From assembly GCA_963838845.1 (NCBI GenBank), contig CAWISR010000003.1, positions 384,851 to 448,850 on the forward strand: a stretch of DNA of 64,000 bases. Direction: 5' to 3'. Origin of the DNA: an uncultured Acidimicrobiaceae bacterium. GTDB lineage: Bacteria; Actinomycetota; Acidimicrobiia; Acidimicrobiales; Bog-793. The notes under the pieces are model-generated. The model had not been told where the DNA came from and made no database searches. It was given only the letters and a program-made list of their open reading frames with translations. The translations under genes and the position numbers were made by a program. Positions 19,274-28,788 of the stretch are shown here, in pieces. Positions within the stretch are counted from its first letter, which is position 1. Every line of letters begins with the position of its first letter.

Positions 19274-20188
19274 GTGGACAGTCCGCCACCGCGCGGAAAT
19301 ATTGCGAAGGAGCAGGGCATCTCGGTATTACGACGGAAGAGCGCGGGGTCGGTGAACCAAGGTCTCCCGAACCAAGATCCCTCGAACCTGGGTCTCCCGA
19401 ACCAGGATCGCCCGAATCACGCCAAACGCCGGGTGTTCGCGGTCGCGAATCAAAAGGGCGGCGTCGGCAAGACGACGACGACCGTGAACCTCGGCGCCTC
19501 GCTCGCCGAGCTCGGTTGGCGTGTGCTCGTCATCGACCTCGACCCGCAGGGCAACGCGACGACTGGCCTCGGCATCGAGGCCCGCAGCTTCGACAATTCG
19601 ATCTACGACGTGCTGCTCCACGACTTCCCGATCGAAGACACCATCGAGCCGACGAGTTTGAAGAACCTCTTTATCGTCCCGGCGACGCTCGATCTCGCTG
19701 GTGCGGAGATCGAGCTCGTCCCGGCGATGAGCCGTGAGCTGCGCCTTCGACGCGCCTTCGAGTCGATGCACGACGGCTTCGACTTCGTCCTCGTCGACTG
19801 CCCACCGTCGCTCGGCCTCATCACCGTCAACGGCCTTGCCGCGGCTTCTGAGGTGCTCGTCCCGATCCAGTGTGAGTACTACGCCCTGGAAGGCCTCGGA
19901 CAGCTGCTCCGATCGGTGGAGCTCGTCCGGGCCAACCTCAATCCGAGCCTCGAACTGTCGACGATCGTCCTAACGATGTACGACTCGCGCACCCGTCTGT
20001 CCGACCAAGTCGCGAACGAGGTGCGTAGCCACTTCGGGGACAAGGTCTGCAAGGCCGTGATCCCCCGTTCGGTGCGCCTTTCCGAGGCGCCGTCGTTCGG
20101 GGAGCCGGTCATCGTCCACGATCCGAGCTCGTCGGGGGCGGTCGCCTATCGCGAGCTGGCGAGGGAGGTGAGCGGTGGCGCGCCGTAG
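19274..20188 (+). CDS. parA: Chromosome partitioning ATPase ParA/Soj (long form; short-form start GTG 19433 possible)
   Basis: Deviant Walker A ANQKGGVGKTTTTVNLG. The long form adds a 53-aa N-terminal extension containing pentapeptide repeats. GC3 of the extension (~69%) is below the gene body. Confidence 0.9.
   Translation: MDSPPPRGNIAKEQGISVLRRKSAGSVNQGLPNQDPSNLGLPNQDRPNHAKRRVFAVANQKGGVGKTTTTVNLGASLAELGWRVLVIDLDPQGNATTGLGIEARSFDNSIYDVLLHDFPIEDTIEPTSLKNLFIVPATLDLAGAEIELVPAMSRELRLRRAFESMHDGFDFVLVDCPPSLGLITVNGLAAASEVLVPIQCEYYALEGLGQLLRSVELVRANLNPSLELSTIVLTMYDSRTRLSDQVANEVRSHFGDKVCKAVIPRSVRLSEAPSFGEPVIVHDPSSSGAVAYRELAREVSGGAP
19354..19428 (+). repeat. 5 x 15-bp tandem repeat (GAACCAAGGTCTCCC-like)
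   Basis: Units: gaaccaaggtctccc, gaaccaagatccctc, gaacctgggtctccc, gaaccaggatcgccc, gaatcacgccaaacg. They encode NQGLP NQDPS NLGLP NQDRP NHAKR if translated. Confidence 0.85.
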
Positions 20189-21071
20189 CGGGCTCGGCCG
20201 AGGGCTCGGCGCCCTCATTCCGTCGGAGGGGTCGAAACCCGCCGTTGGGATGCGGGAGATCGCACTCGCGAAGATCCGGCCGAACAAGCTCCAGCCGCGC
20301 ACGACCTTCGACGAGGCCGCACTCGCCTCGCTCGTCGATTCGATTCGTGCCGTCGGCATCCTGCAGCCGGTGTTGGTGCGGGAGGTCGGGGACGACGAGT
20401 ACGAGCTCATCGCCGGTGAGCGGCGCTGGCGGGCGGCCCGCCGCGCCGGGTTCATCGCGATACCAGCCCTCGTTCAGATCGCCGATGACGAGGCGAGCCT
20501 GGAACAGGCGCTCGTCGAGAACATCCACCGGGAGGGGCTGAACCCCCTCGATGAGGCCGCCGGGTATCAGCAGCTCATCGAGGATTTCCACCTCACCCAC
20601 GACGCCGTCGCCCACCGGGTCGGGAAGAGTCGCGCCGCGGTGACGAACGCGCTTCGCCTCTTCCAGCTCCCCCCGTCGGTGCAGCGGTTCTTACGGGACG
20701 GCCAACTCTCCGCCGGTCACGCCCGCGCGCTGCTGATGACCCCCGACCGCAACCTGCAAGAACGGCTGGCCCGCAAGAGCGCCGAAGAGGAGCTCTCGGT
20801 CCGCGGTCTCGAGCAGCTCGTCCATGCCTCTCAGCCCACGCTCCTTGAGGAGAGCGCCCCTGCGGCGACGTCGACGGCACCGCCGCCTGTCCCTCCGCTC
20901 CGCCCGCCAGGCGTCCTCGAACTCGAGGAGTTGCTCGCCGCCCACCTGAACACCCGCGTGAGCGTCGAGATGAAACGCGACCGGGGCAAACTGACAATCG
21001 AATTCGCGGGCCTCGAGGACCTCGAGCGCATCTACCGCTTGATGATCGGGGAACCTTCGACCAGCGTGTGA
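20175..21071 (+). CDS. parB: Chromosome partitioning protein ParB
   Basis: RGLGRGLGALIP N-terminus, GERRWRAA arginine patch, HTH region. Overlaps the parA end. Confidence 0.95.
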   Translation: MARRSGLGRGLGALIPSEGSKPAVGMREIALAKIRPNKLQPRTTFDEAALASLVDSIRAVGILQPVLVREVGDDEYELIAGERRWRAARRAGFIAIPALVQIADDEASLEQALVENIHREGLNPLDEAAGYQQLIEDFHLTHDAVAHRVGKSRAAVTNALRLFQLPPSVQRFLRDGQLSAGHARALLMTPDRNLQERLARKSAEEELSVRGLEQLVHASQPTLLEESAPAATSTAPPPVPPLRPPGVLELEELLAAHLNTRVSVEMKRDRGKLTIEFAGLEDLERIYRLMIGEPSTSV

Positions 21072-21273
21072 GCCCGGCGCTCCCTCGCCCGAAACTCCCG
21101 GATTTCTTTTTGCACTTTGATGCAAACACCGGGACTTATCAGGGAGTATACTGGAGCGCGACGGCTCGGCAACGGATGGGTGACGCCGGGTCGACCCGAC
21201 TCGATTAACGCGACGGTGGAAGTTGATCCACAACGTCGTGCACAGCATGTGGATCGTCCCGAAGAGTGAGGGA

Positions 21274-22287
21274 TTAACTCCAGTCGGCCTCGAACCAGGA
21301 CCTCAGCGCGCCGACGATCGTCCCGGCGAGTGCTCCGAGGTGGGGGACGACACGGTCAGGGGAGCCAAGCTCGATCAACACCGCCGGCATGCGTGTTTCT
21401 CGCAGAATCGGCAGGGCGAGGCCGACGACGCCGCCGTCCTCGAGGCCGATGACCTTTGGCAGCTGCTCGGCGAGGAGCTCGGCGAGGCGTCGGCTCGCCG
21501 TCGATTCGTAGCGAAAGCCGTGGTAGTAGGCGACTCGGCAGGTTGTCGCGCCCGGGACGACGGCGAACGCCACGACGACGTCGACTTCGGCGTCGTTCGC
21601 GGCGTGGGCGCTGCGTGTCGGGTCGTGATGGGCGAAGGGGAACGCCGTCGCAGCGCCGGCGGCACGCAGCGCCCGGCAGAGCGCCGCCGCACCCGCTGAG
21701 AACCCACCCGGCTCGACGACGGCGACGCGACGGGCGTCCAGGCCCTCGGGGGAACCTTTGTGCACGAGGGCGAGGCGCTCGCGTACCGGGGTGACGAGGC
21801 CGGTCGCGCCATCGCGCGCCGACATCCGTTCGGTCTCCTCAAGGCTGCGTCGGCCGAAGACACCGTCGGCGCGCAAGCCGACATTGCGCTGGAACTCGAT
21901 GAGCGCCCGCACGGTGTCGTCGCCGAAGATTCCGTCGATGGCCCCGCAGTCGAAGCCAAGGCGGCTCAGGCGGCGCTGCAACTCGGCGACATCGTCGCCG
22001 CGCAACATCGGCCGGCGCCGATAAAGCAGGCGCGAACCGAGGTGGTAGCCAGCTTCGACGATCACCGACCAGGTGTGCGAGTCGCAGGATCCGTCTTGCG
22101 GCAGGCCGCGCTCGGATTGGAACTCGGTGAGCGAGCGCGCCGTTCCCTCGCCGAAATGGCCGGGCCGATCCGCGATCTGATAGCCGAGCGCCGCAAGCCG
22201 CGCCTGGAGGTCAGTGACCGCATCCCCGGCGTCGCCGCGACGCAGGGGGAGGACGTGCGCGCCAGATTCAGCGGGTGCGTCGGGCAC
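21274..22287 (-). CDS. cwlM: CwlM-like N-acetylmuramoyl-L-alanine amidase with two peptidoglycan-binding domains
   Basis: Two PG_binding_1-like repeats (GD.V..LQ.RL..LG...DG.FG..T..AL..FQ...GL..DG) plus an Amidase_3-like C-terminus. Synteny trxB-trxA-cwlM as in Rv3913-3915. Confidence 0.8.
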   Translation of the reverse strand: MPDAPAESGAHVLPLRRGDAGDAVTDLQARLAALGYQIADRPGHFGEGTARSLTEFQSERGLPQDGSCDSHTWSVIVEAGYHLGSRLLYRRRPMLRGDDVAELQRRLSRLGFDCGAIDGIFGDDTVRALIEFQRNVGLRADGVFGRRSLEETERMSARDGATGLVTPVRERLALVHKGSPEGLDARRVAVVEPGGFSAGAAALCRALRAAGAATAFPFAHHDPTRSAHAANDAEVDVVVAFAVVPGATTCRVAYYHGFRYESTASRRLAELLAEQLPKVIGLEDGGVVGLALPILRETRMPAVLIELGSPDRVVPHLGALAGTIVGALRSWFEADWS

Positions 22288-22343
22288 CCGGGAATGCTAC
22301 GGCTGGTCCGTGCGCTCCAAGGTGTCCGTGGACGACGATGTGG

Positions 22344-22667
22344 TTACAGATGCCCTTCCAGGTCGGCCAGTAATGCCGACTTCGGTTTCGCGCCGACGAT
22401 CCGCACCTGCGCCTCGCCGTCTTTGAACAAGATCAACGTCGGTATGGAGAGCACTTCGAAGCGACGTGCCGTCTCGATGTTGTCGTCGACGTTCAGCTTG
22501 ACGATTCGGATCGCGTCCTTTTTCTCTTCGGCGATCTCGTCGAGGATTGGCGCCACCATCCGGCACGGTCCGCACCACTCGGCCCAGAAGTCGACAAGGA
22601 CCGGCGTGGCTGAATGCGTGACCTCCTCGTCGAATGTGCTGTCAGTCACGGCAAGTGCAGTCGACAC
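22344..22667 (-). CDS. trxA: Thioredoxin
   Basis: 107 aa, WAEWCGPCRM active site. Confidence 0.95.
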   Translation of the reverse strand: MSTALAVTDSTFDEEVTHSATPVLVDFWAEWCGPCRMVAPILDEIAEEKKDAIRIVKLNVDDNIETARRFEVLSIPTLILFKDGEAQVRIVGAKPKSALLADLEGHL

Positions 22668-22740
22668 CCTTTGTGCTCCTTTTGTCCCTTCGGACGCCTT
22701 CAGTTCAACGCGGGATCATTCGGCCGCATTCCCGATGCCG

Positions 22741-23738
22741 TCAGGGGCGGCCTTCGTCGGCGAGGAAGCGGTCGGCATCGAGGGCGGCCATGCATCCTGA
22801 GCCGGCAGAGGTAACCGCCTGGCGGTACACATGGTCTTGAACGTCACCCGCGGCGAACACGGCCGGCACGCTTGTTGCCGTGCCGTCATGCGTGTGGAGG
22901 TAGCCGGCCTCGTCCATGTCGAGCTGACCCTTGAAGAGCTCGGTGTTCGGTGCGTGCCCGATCGCGACGAACACGCCGTCGACGGGGAGCTCGCGCGTTT
23001 CGCCGGTGACGGTGTCGCGGAGCGCAACCCCGGCCACTTTCGTGTCTCCGATGACGCGCGTGACCACGGTGTCGAAGAGGAACGAGATCTTCTCGTTCGC
23101 GAAGGCGCGATCCTGCATGATCTTCGACGCGCGGAGCTCCTTGCGCCGATGGATGACCAGCACCGAGTCGCCAAAGCGGGTAAGGAACAGCGCCTCTTCG
23201 AGTGCGGAGTCACCGCCGCCGACCACCGCGATCGTCTTGTTCCGGAAGAAGAATCCGTCACAAGTGGCGCAGGTCGAGACGCCGTGTCCGAGCAGTTCAG
23301 CCTCTCCCGGCACGCCGAGCGTCAGAGCGCGCGCCCCGTCGCAATGATGAGGGTGCGCGCGGCAATATCGGGTCGCGATGTATTCTCATCGCCCGTGTAG
23401 ATCGCAAACGGCCGCGTCGACAGGTCGACTCGGGTTGCTTTTTTGGTGACGAGCTCAGCTCCGAAGCGCTCCGCTTGCTCACGCATCATGGCCATCAGGT
23501 CGGGACCCATCACACCAAGCGGAAACCCCGGGAAATTCTCGACGTCCGTCGTCGTCATCAGCTGGCCGCCGGGTTGGTCGCTCGTCGAGGACGGCTCACC
23601 CTCGAGGACGAGCGGACGTAGGTCGGCACGCGCCGCGTACACGGCGGCGGTTAGCCCTGCCGGACCGGAGCCCAAGACGACGACGTCGCGTTGTTGGGTG
23701 CTCTCCGAGGCAAAATCCTCGCTAGCCAGCGCCCTCAC
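22741..23738 (-). CDS. trxB: Thioredoxin-disulfide reductase, interrupted by a 1-nt deletion in a G run (23334-23337) in this assembly
   Basis: The N-terminal ORF carries [18 protein letters not shown] and ends ...[10 protein letters not shown]. The other frame reads [31 protein letters not shown] (CATC redox centre). Span is 998 nt (3n+2). Confidence 0.9.
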
Positions 23739-24048
23739 CTCTCTTTTTCCTCCCGCTGAACACCCAGCAAAACGCCCCGCCACCACAGAAGATTCCCGCC
23801 ACAACGAAGTCGGTTGCCCAGACCTGGTGAGGGAAGACGTTGACGTCGAAGAGGCGGACGAGGCCGATCACGACCGCCGCGACCGCGAAGACGATCAGAG
23901 CCCCGACGAGCGCCGCGAGGATGATCCAACGGACGATCGAGAGGACCGGGCGCGTCACCTTCTCCACGGCGGCAGCAGAAAGTGACTCGACCGCGTCTTG
24001 CAGCCTTGCCCCGAGTTCCCGTGCCGTCCCCGCCGATTCCTCGCTCAT
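23722..24048 (-). CDS. Small two-TM membrane protein
   Basis: 108 aa with two hydrophobic helices ([40 protein letters not shown]). Lies upstream of trxB with a 17-nt overlap. Confidence 0.55.
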   Translation of the reverse strand: MSEESAGTARELGARLQDAVESLSAAAVEKVTRPVLSIVRWIILAALVGALIVFAVAAVVIGLVRLFDVNVFPHQVWATDFVVAGIFCGGGAFCWVFSGRKKRGEGAG

Positions 24049-24091
24049 CGCTTCGAGACTACGGCACGCTCATGCGACATGACGGTTTGTC

Positions 24092-24931
24092 CTACGCGCG
24101 TTGCAGCGCGACACCGATCGTGCCAGGCCCGGTGTGTGCGCCGATGATCGGACCGATGTACGAGACGATGGTCTCGTTGCCGGGGAAGATCGGCGCGAGC
24201 AGGCGTTGCATCTCCCCGACGTCAGCGGCAGCGGCGTGGGCGACCGCGAGACGCTTGAGCGGGACGGCGGCGCGCACCTTTTCTGCGACGTATTCGAGCG
24301 AACGAGCCCGCGTGCGCTGCTTCGACTCCGGCTCGACGACGCCGCCACGGACCTCGACCACCGGCTTGATCGAGAGCAGCGATCCGACCAACGCCTGCGC
24401 GGCGCCGATCCGCCCGCCGCGTCGCAACCACTCAAGGGTGTCCAACGTGCCGAACACCTCGATGCTCTTGAGCGTCGCCTCGAGCGCGTTCCCGATCGTC
24501 CAGGCCGGCGCGCCGGAGTCGGCGAGCTCGGCAGCTTCCAGTACGGCAAGGCCCTCGCCGACCGTCGCGAGCTGAGAGTCGACAACAACGACGGGGTAGC
24601 CCTCGGGTGCTGATGCCGCGCCGGCGACCGCCGACTGATATGTCGCTGAGAGACCCGAGGACAGCGTCACGCAGACGACGCCGGAACACCCGTCGCTGGC
24701 CGCCTCTTCGTACGCGGCCGCGAACGCGCCGGGCGCCGGAGCGGAAGTCTCGGCGATCGCCTGTTCTGACTTCGCGAGCTCCCAGAACCGCGCCGGCGAA
24801 ATGTTCCGCATCTCCTCTGCCGAGTGCGGACCGAGGCGCACGTCGATCGGCACCACAACGATGCCGAGTTTTTCGACGAGCGCGTCGGGGAGATCACAGC
24901 CGTTGTCAGTGACGATACGGACGCCGGTCAC
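24092..24931 (-). CDS. DegV family fatty-acid-binding protein
   Basis: RIVTDNGCDLP N-terminus, TSAPAPGAF, LSSGLSATYQSA; typical DegV pattern. Confidence 0.8.
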   Translation of the reverse strand: MTGVRIVTDNGCDLPDALVEKLGIVVVPIDVRLGPHSAEEMRNISPARFWELAKSEQAIAETSAPAPGAFAAAYEEAASDGCSGVVCVTLSSGLSATYQSAVAGAASAPEGYPVVVVDSQLATVGEGLAVLEAAELADSGAPAWTIGNALEATLKSIEVFGTLDTLEWLRRGGRIGAAQALVGSLLSIKPVVEVRGGVVEPESKQRTRARSLEYVAEKVRAAVPLKRLAVAHAAAADVGEMQRLLAPIFPGNETIVSYIGPIIGAHTGPGTIGVALQRA

Positions 24932-26576
24932 TTCCCCCCTTTGCCGTGTGGACGCGCGGTGGCGTCCGCCGCCTCGCAGTTTGCCAGGACGAGAGCATCG
25001 CTGCGAGACCTGCCGAACCCAAGTACGCGACTCCGCCCGCCGCGACGGCGACGAACAGTCGGATCCATCCGAATGCTCCGAGGCCCGTGCCGATCAGCGC
25101 GAGGACGATCGCGACGATGAACGCCATGACGCCGGACAACACGGCGAATCGCCCGGTCGCCCGCATCAGCGCGCGGCCGCCAACGGTGCCGAGGCGTTCG
25201 CGCAGGACGACGACGGCGATCACCGCGGCCACGCTGTACGCGATCGAGTACGCGAGCGCGAGACCGCGGACACCGAGCGGCTTGTACAGCAGGAAGGCGA
25301 ATAGCACGTTGAGCCCGTTCTCGATGACGTACATGACGAAGGCCGTTCGAGTGTCCTGCAGAGCTTGGAACGTCCTTGTCGCGAGGAAAAAGACGCAGTA
25401 GCCGGGCAGCCCGAGGGCAAACAACTCCAAAACCGACGCGGTCACGTTTGCTGGGTGAGGACCCTCCTGTCCGTGCTCGAGGAGAAGGCCGACAGCGAGT
25501 CGCGCGAGCAACAGGTAACCGACCATCGAAGGCAGGATGAGTGCGAGAACTTGCCTTGTAGCGACCCCGAAACGCTGTCCCACCCGGCGCCACTCGTGGC
25601 GCGTCGAGAGCCGCGCCAGGTCCGGAGAGGCAACGTTGATGATTGAAGTGGCGACGACCGCGAACGGGAACTGGAAGAACGTATAGGCGTACGTGTACGC
25701 GCTCACTGCACCGGGACCGACGTGGAACTCGAGTGCGAGGACGATAAACAGCGCGAGTTGGTTGGCGATGACGAAGCCGAACGTCCAGCCCGAAAGTGAC
25801 ACGATCGTTCGGACCGCGGGATCCTTCGGCCGCCAGATGAAGCGCAGGTGTGTGTGCGCCCTGCGCAGCGACGGCAATAGACATACTGCCTGCGCCGCGA
25901 CCCCGACGGTGGTGCCGACTCCGAGGAGGTAGACGAGCTCCTGGTGGTGGGCGACGTAGTCGACGGACGCGTGTCGGGCCATCGTCGCGAACAAGGCGAA
26001 GACGATGATCCCGATCACGTTGTTCACGACCGGAACGAAGCCAACGGTGCCAAAACGATCTCGCGTCGCGAGGACTGCAGCGATCAAGCTGATCGCCCCG
26101 TAGAACAAGAGCTGCGGCGCGAACAGCCGCAACAGCTCGACGGCGACCGAATGCTCCTCGGGAGTCGCCTTCCCGAAGGTGAACAGCGTGATGAGCAACG
26201 GCGCCGCGAGGATGAAGACGACGGTTGCGACGACGAGGATGACAAGCGCCAGACTGACGACCGCCGAGATCGACTCGTTCGCTTCGCGCTCGGGCCTTGT
26301 CGTCAGACGCTCGACAAAGACGGGAACGAAAGTCGCGGCGAGCACACCACCCAACACGAGATCGTGGATCATGTTGGGGGTGTTGTTCGCGAGGTTGAAG
26401 GCGTCGGCGAGCCGCAAACCGCCAAGCGCGTAGGCGAGGACGACAAGGCGAGCGAGTCCGGTGAGCCGGGAGGCGACCGTTCCGATGCCCGTGCCGAACG
26501 AGGCGCGTGCGAGTCGGGCGGATCTGCTGGTCGATGTCCCGCCGGTGGACACCGACGGGGACACCGGATCGCTCAC
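24906..26576 (-). CDS. murJ: Lipid II flippase MurJ/MviN
   Basis: ASRLTGLARLVVLAYALG...ADAFNLANNTPNMIHDLVLGGVLAATFVPVF, then multiple TM helices. Start set to the GTG forming a GTGA overlap with the upstream gene's stop (26573-26576). Confidence 0.85.
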   Translation of the reverse strand: MSDPVSPSVSTGGTSTSRSARLARASFGTGIGTVASRLTGLARLVVLAYALGGLRLADAFNLANNTPNMIHDLVLGGVLAATFVPVFVERLTTRPEREANESISAVVSLALVILVVATVVFILAAPLLITLFTFGKATPEEHSVAVELLRLFAPQLLFYGAISLIAAVLATRDRFGTVGFVPVVNNVIGIIVFALFATMARHASVDYVAHHQELVYLLGVGTTVGVAAQAVCLLPSLRRAHTHLRFIWRPKDPAVRTIVSLSGWTFGFVIANQLALFIVLALEFHVGPGAVSAYTYAYTFFQFPFAVVATSIINVASPDLARLSTRHEWRRVGQRFGVATRQVLALILPSMVGYLLLARLAVGLLLEHGQEGPHPANVTASVLELFALGLPGYCVFFLATRTFQALQDTRTAFVMYVIENGLNVLFAFLLYKPLGVRGLALAYSIAYSVAAVIAVVVLRERLGTVGGRALMRATGRFAVLSGVMAFIVAIVLALIGTGLGAFGWIRLFVAVAAGGVAYLGSAGLAAMLSSWQTARRRTPPRVHTAKGGSDRRPYRH

Positions 26577-28675
26577 GTTGATTCCGGGTTCGACGCAGCG
26601 AGTACCTCGCGCTCGTGCGCGTGCCGGCGCCTTCTGCGGAGCATCGTACGCACCCACCAGGCAAGCAATACGAACAGCGCGACCGCCGAGATGATGACGG
26701 CAACGATTGAGAACGCAGTCGACCGAATCGTGATGCCGCTTTGCAAGAGCACCACCTTGCCGACGGGTGAGACGAGTTCGACGTTGAGCGTCGAAACCCC
26801 GGACGTACGCGTCGTCACCGTGACCTCGTGCTCGGTGTTGTTGCGTGCGAGGACGATCGGTTGACTGATCTCGTCTGGCGCGAGGGCGAACGCACCGCTC
26901 GAGAGGCGGAGTTCTGCATGAATCACGCTCGGAAAGCTCGAGTTGAACGTGACCGGGATGCGCGCCTCGTGCTGGCCAATCGTGACCGTACGGGTGCCGG
27001 TGAGCGCGAGTGAATCGCGCACCGTCGCGAATTGAACGTTGGGAGCTCCGAGATAGCGTGATTGCTCGGAATTCGCGATGGCGTTGGTCTCAGCGAGAAG
27101 GATCGCGTCGCGTGCACGGCTCAGGACCGCCGCGTCGGCCGGGATCACCGACTGAAGGTCCGTCAGTTCTGAGCGCGCGGACCCGATCTGTTGGCCGAGG
27201 TGACCGCCAAAACCGTGCGCGGCGGTGAGGCTCGCCGAACTCGGCGCCGCATTCGAACCGACGGGGACCGACGCGTAGAGCCCCTCGAGAGTCGTCGGGT
27301 GGAGGATCGGACTTGAGCGCAATCCCGCCAGCACCGTCGACACGAGGCGTGGTGAACTCGGGAGCAAAAGCGGCGCGACGACGACGCCTCGCGGTCCAGT
27401 CGAGAACGGCTCCTCGAAGAAGGTCTGGGCGAGTTCGGCGAGGAAATTGTGTGCTGATAACACCGGATTCGGGCTCGAGCGGAGCTGTGCGGCGAGGCCG
27501 GCGTCAGCCACGAACGCGACGGGCGCACGGGCGCGAGAAGACCCTGACTGAAGCGTGAACGGGGCAGTCGGCGTCGTCACCTGCTGCGGGCTTACGTTTC
27601 CCTCCGGGACGACGAGGCGCGTCACTCCAGCTGAACGGAGCGTCGAAAGCCCCGACTTGTCGAGGTTGCTCGCAGCGAGGAACGGGGAGCCGAGTTCGGA
27701 CGCCCCGACGAGACGGTGCGCGATGGCGTGCCCGGTTGCGATCTGGCGTACGAGGTCGCGGCCCAGCCCCGCGTGAGCGAGTTGGGCCGCGCTGACCTCG
27801 GTGAAGGGTGCGTCGAGCATCTCGAGCGTGCCCGATGCTTCGCCGCTCTCGACGAGCGCGCGCATGCCTGCGAGCGTCGTCTTGGCGAGGGTCTCGGACG
27901 AGCGTTGAAGCGCGAGGAAGATCTGCGAGTACGCGTTGACCGTCATTGCTGTCGCCGACTGCGCCGCAACCGCCCGCACGAAGTCGTCGAGGGCAACGAT
28001 GCGCCGGAGCGAGACCATCGATCTGCCCCCCGGAGAAAGGCCGAGTCCGGTTCCGACTGAAAAGACGAACGCCACGTTCAACGGGTATGTCCCCGCCGTT
28101 CCCGTCAGGTAGATGACGTCGGTGGTGAACGAGGCGAGCGGCTTGTCGGTCGATCGGTCGACGACGACGACGCTCAAGGGGTAGACGCCGTCACACGTTC
28201 CTGGCTGGCAATCGAGTGCGAGTACGGGCGATGCGAGCTTGGTTGAGCGCGCGGTCGGAGCGGTGACGACGCGGACGCTCACTGAGGCGGGCGCGTTCGG
28301 CGCTGTGGTGCGGAGAAGGAGCGGGATCGGGATGATCGGTGTCGCACTGAGCACGATCTCGCTTGATGGTTCCTTTCCGGTCTCGGATGCGTCGAACGCA
28401 TATCGACTGGTGAGGCGCGAATACAACGTCAGTTTGACGCCGAGATCCGTGGTCGGAAGAGAAGAGCTCACTCGGAACGAGAGATGCATCCTCGAATGCG
28501 CGCCGACCCAGTCCGATTCCGAGGTCAAATCGACCGACGTCTTGTCCGATGCACCCGCTCGGGAGACCGCGGACCCGTCGGCCACGATGAGCGCGATCGC
28601 AACGGCGGAGACGCACAAGAGGAGCGCTCGCATGGGCGCGAACGATCGGTTGCGACGCGTCGGTGAGCAGGCCAA
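26573..28675 (-). CDS. Large secreted, C-terminally anchored conserved actinobacterial protein (Rv3909/DUF6049-like by position)
   Basis: Signal peptide MRALLLCVSAVAIALIVA (alternative ATG start at 28633). C-terminal TM IVAVIISAVALFVLLAWWV followed by a basic tail. Sits between cca and murJ as in mycobacteria. The family name is recalled, not searched. Confidence 0.6.
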   Translation of the reverse strand: MACSPTRRNRSFAPMRALLLCVSAVAIALIVADGSAVSRAGASDKTSVDLTSESDWVGAHSRMHLSFRVSSSLPTTDLGVKLTLYSRLTSRYAFDASETGKEPSSEIVLSATPIIPIPLLLRTTAPNAPASVSVRVVTAPTARSTKLASPVLALDCQPGTCDGVYPLSVVVVDRSTDKPLASFTTDVIYLTGTAGTYPLNVAFVFSVGTGLGLSPGGRSMVSLRRIVALDDFVRAVAAQSATAMTVNAYSQIFLALQRSSETLAKTTLAGMRALVESGEASGTLEMLDAPFTEVSAAQLAHAGLGRDLVRQIATGHAIAHRLVGASELGSPFLAASNLDKSGLSTLRSAGVTRLVVPEGNVSPQQVTTPTAPFTLQSGSSRARAPVAFVADAGLAAQLRSSPNPVLSAHNFLAELAQTFFEEPFSTGPRGVVVAPLLLPSSPRLVSTVLAGLRSSPILHPTTLEGLYASVPVGSNAAPSSASLTAAHGFGGHLGQQIGSARSELTDLQSVIPADAAVLSRARDAILLAETNAIANSEQSRYLGAPNVQFATVRDSLALTGTRTVTIGQHEARIPVTFNSSFPSVIHAELRLSSGAFALAPDEISQPIVLARNNTEHEVTVTTRTSGVSTLNVELVSPVGKVVLLQSGITIRSTAFSIVAVIISAVALFVLLAWWVRTMLRRRRRHAHEREVLAASNPEST

Positions 28676-28788
28676 GAGCGCGACGTCCTCCGTTCGGTCC
28701 CCGCTCGCACGGAGCCTACTTTCGAGACAATCCGAGGTGAGGAAGGCGCGAACCGCTCCTCAGGCCGGAAACGTCAACCGCTACCGTC

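Noticed and set aside
19354-19428. Tandem repeats (here and at 17011-17064 and 2-1141) as CRISPR arrays
   Set aside because: The units are contiguous without spacers, 15-18 bp or ~345 bp long, and in phase with reading frames. No cas genes are present.
18637-19737. 366-aa plus-strand ORF spanning the rsmG end to parA
   Set aside because: Arg/Pro-rich, and crosses three better-supported features (rsmG, the LAGLIDADG-like ORF and parA) out of frame.
24928-26703. 591-aa minus-strand ORF overlapping murJ
   Set aside because: An alternative frame of murJ with Arg/Pro-rich nonsense. The murJ frame has the conserved flippase motifs and TM helices.
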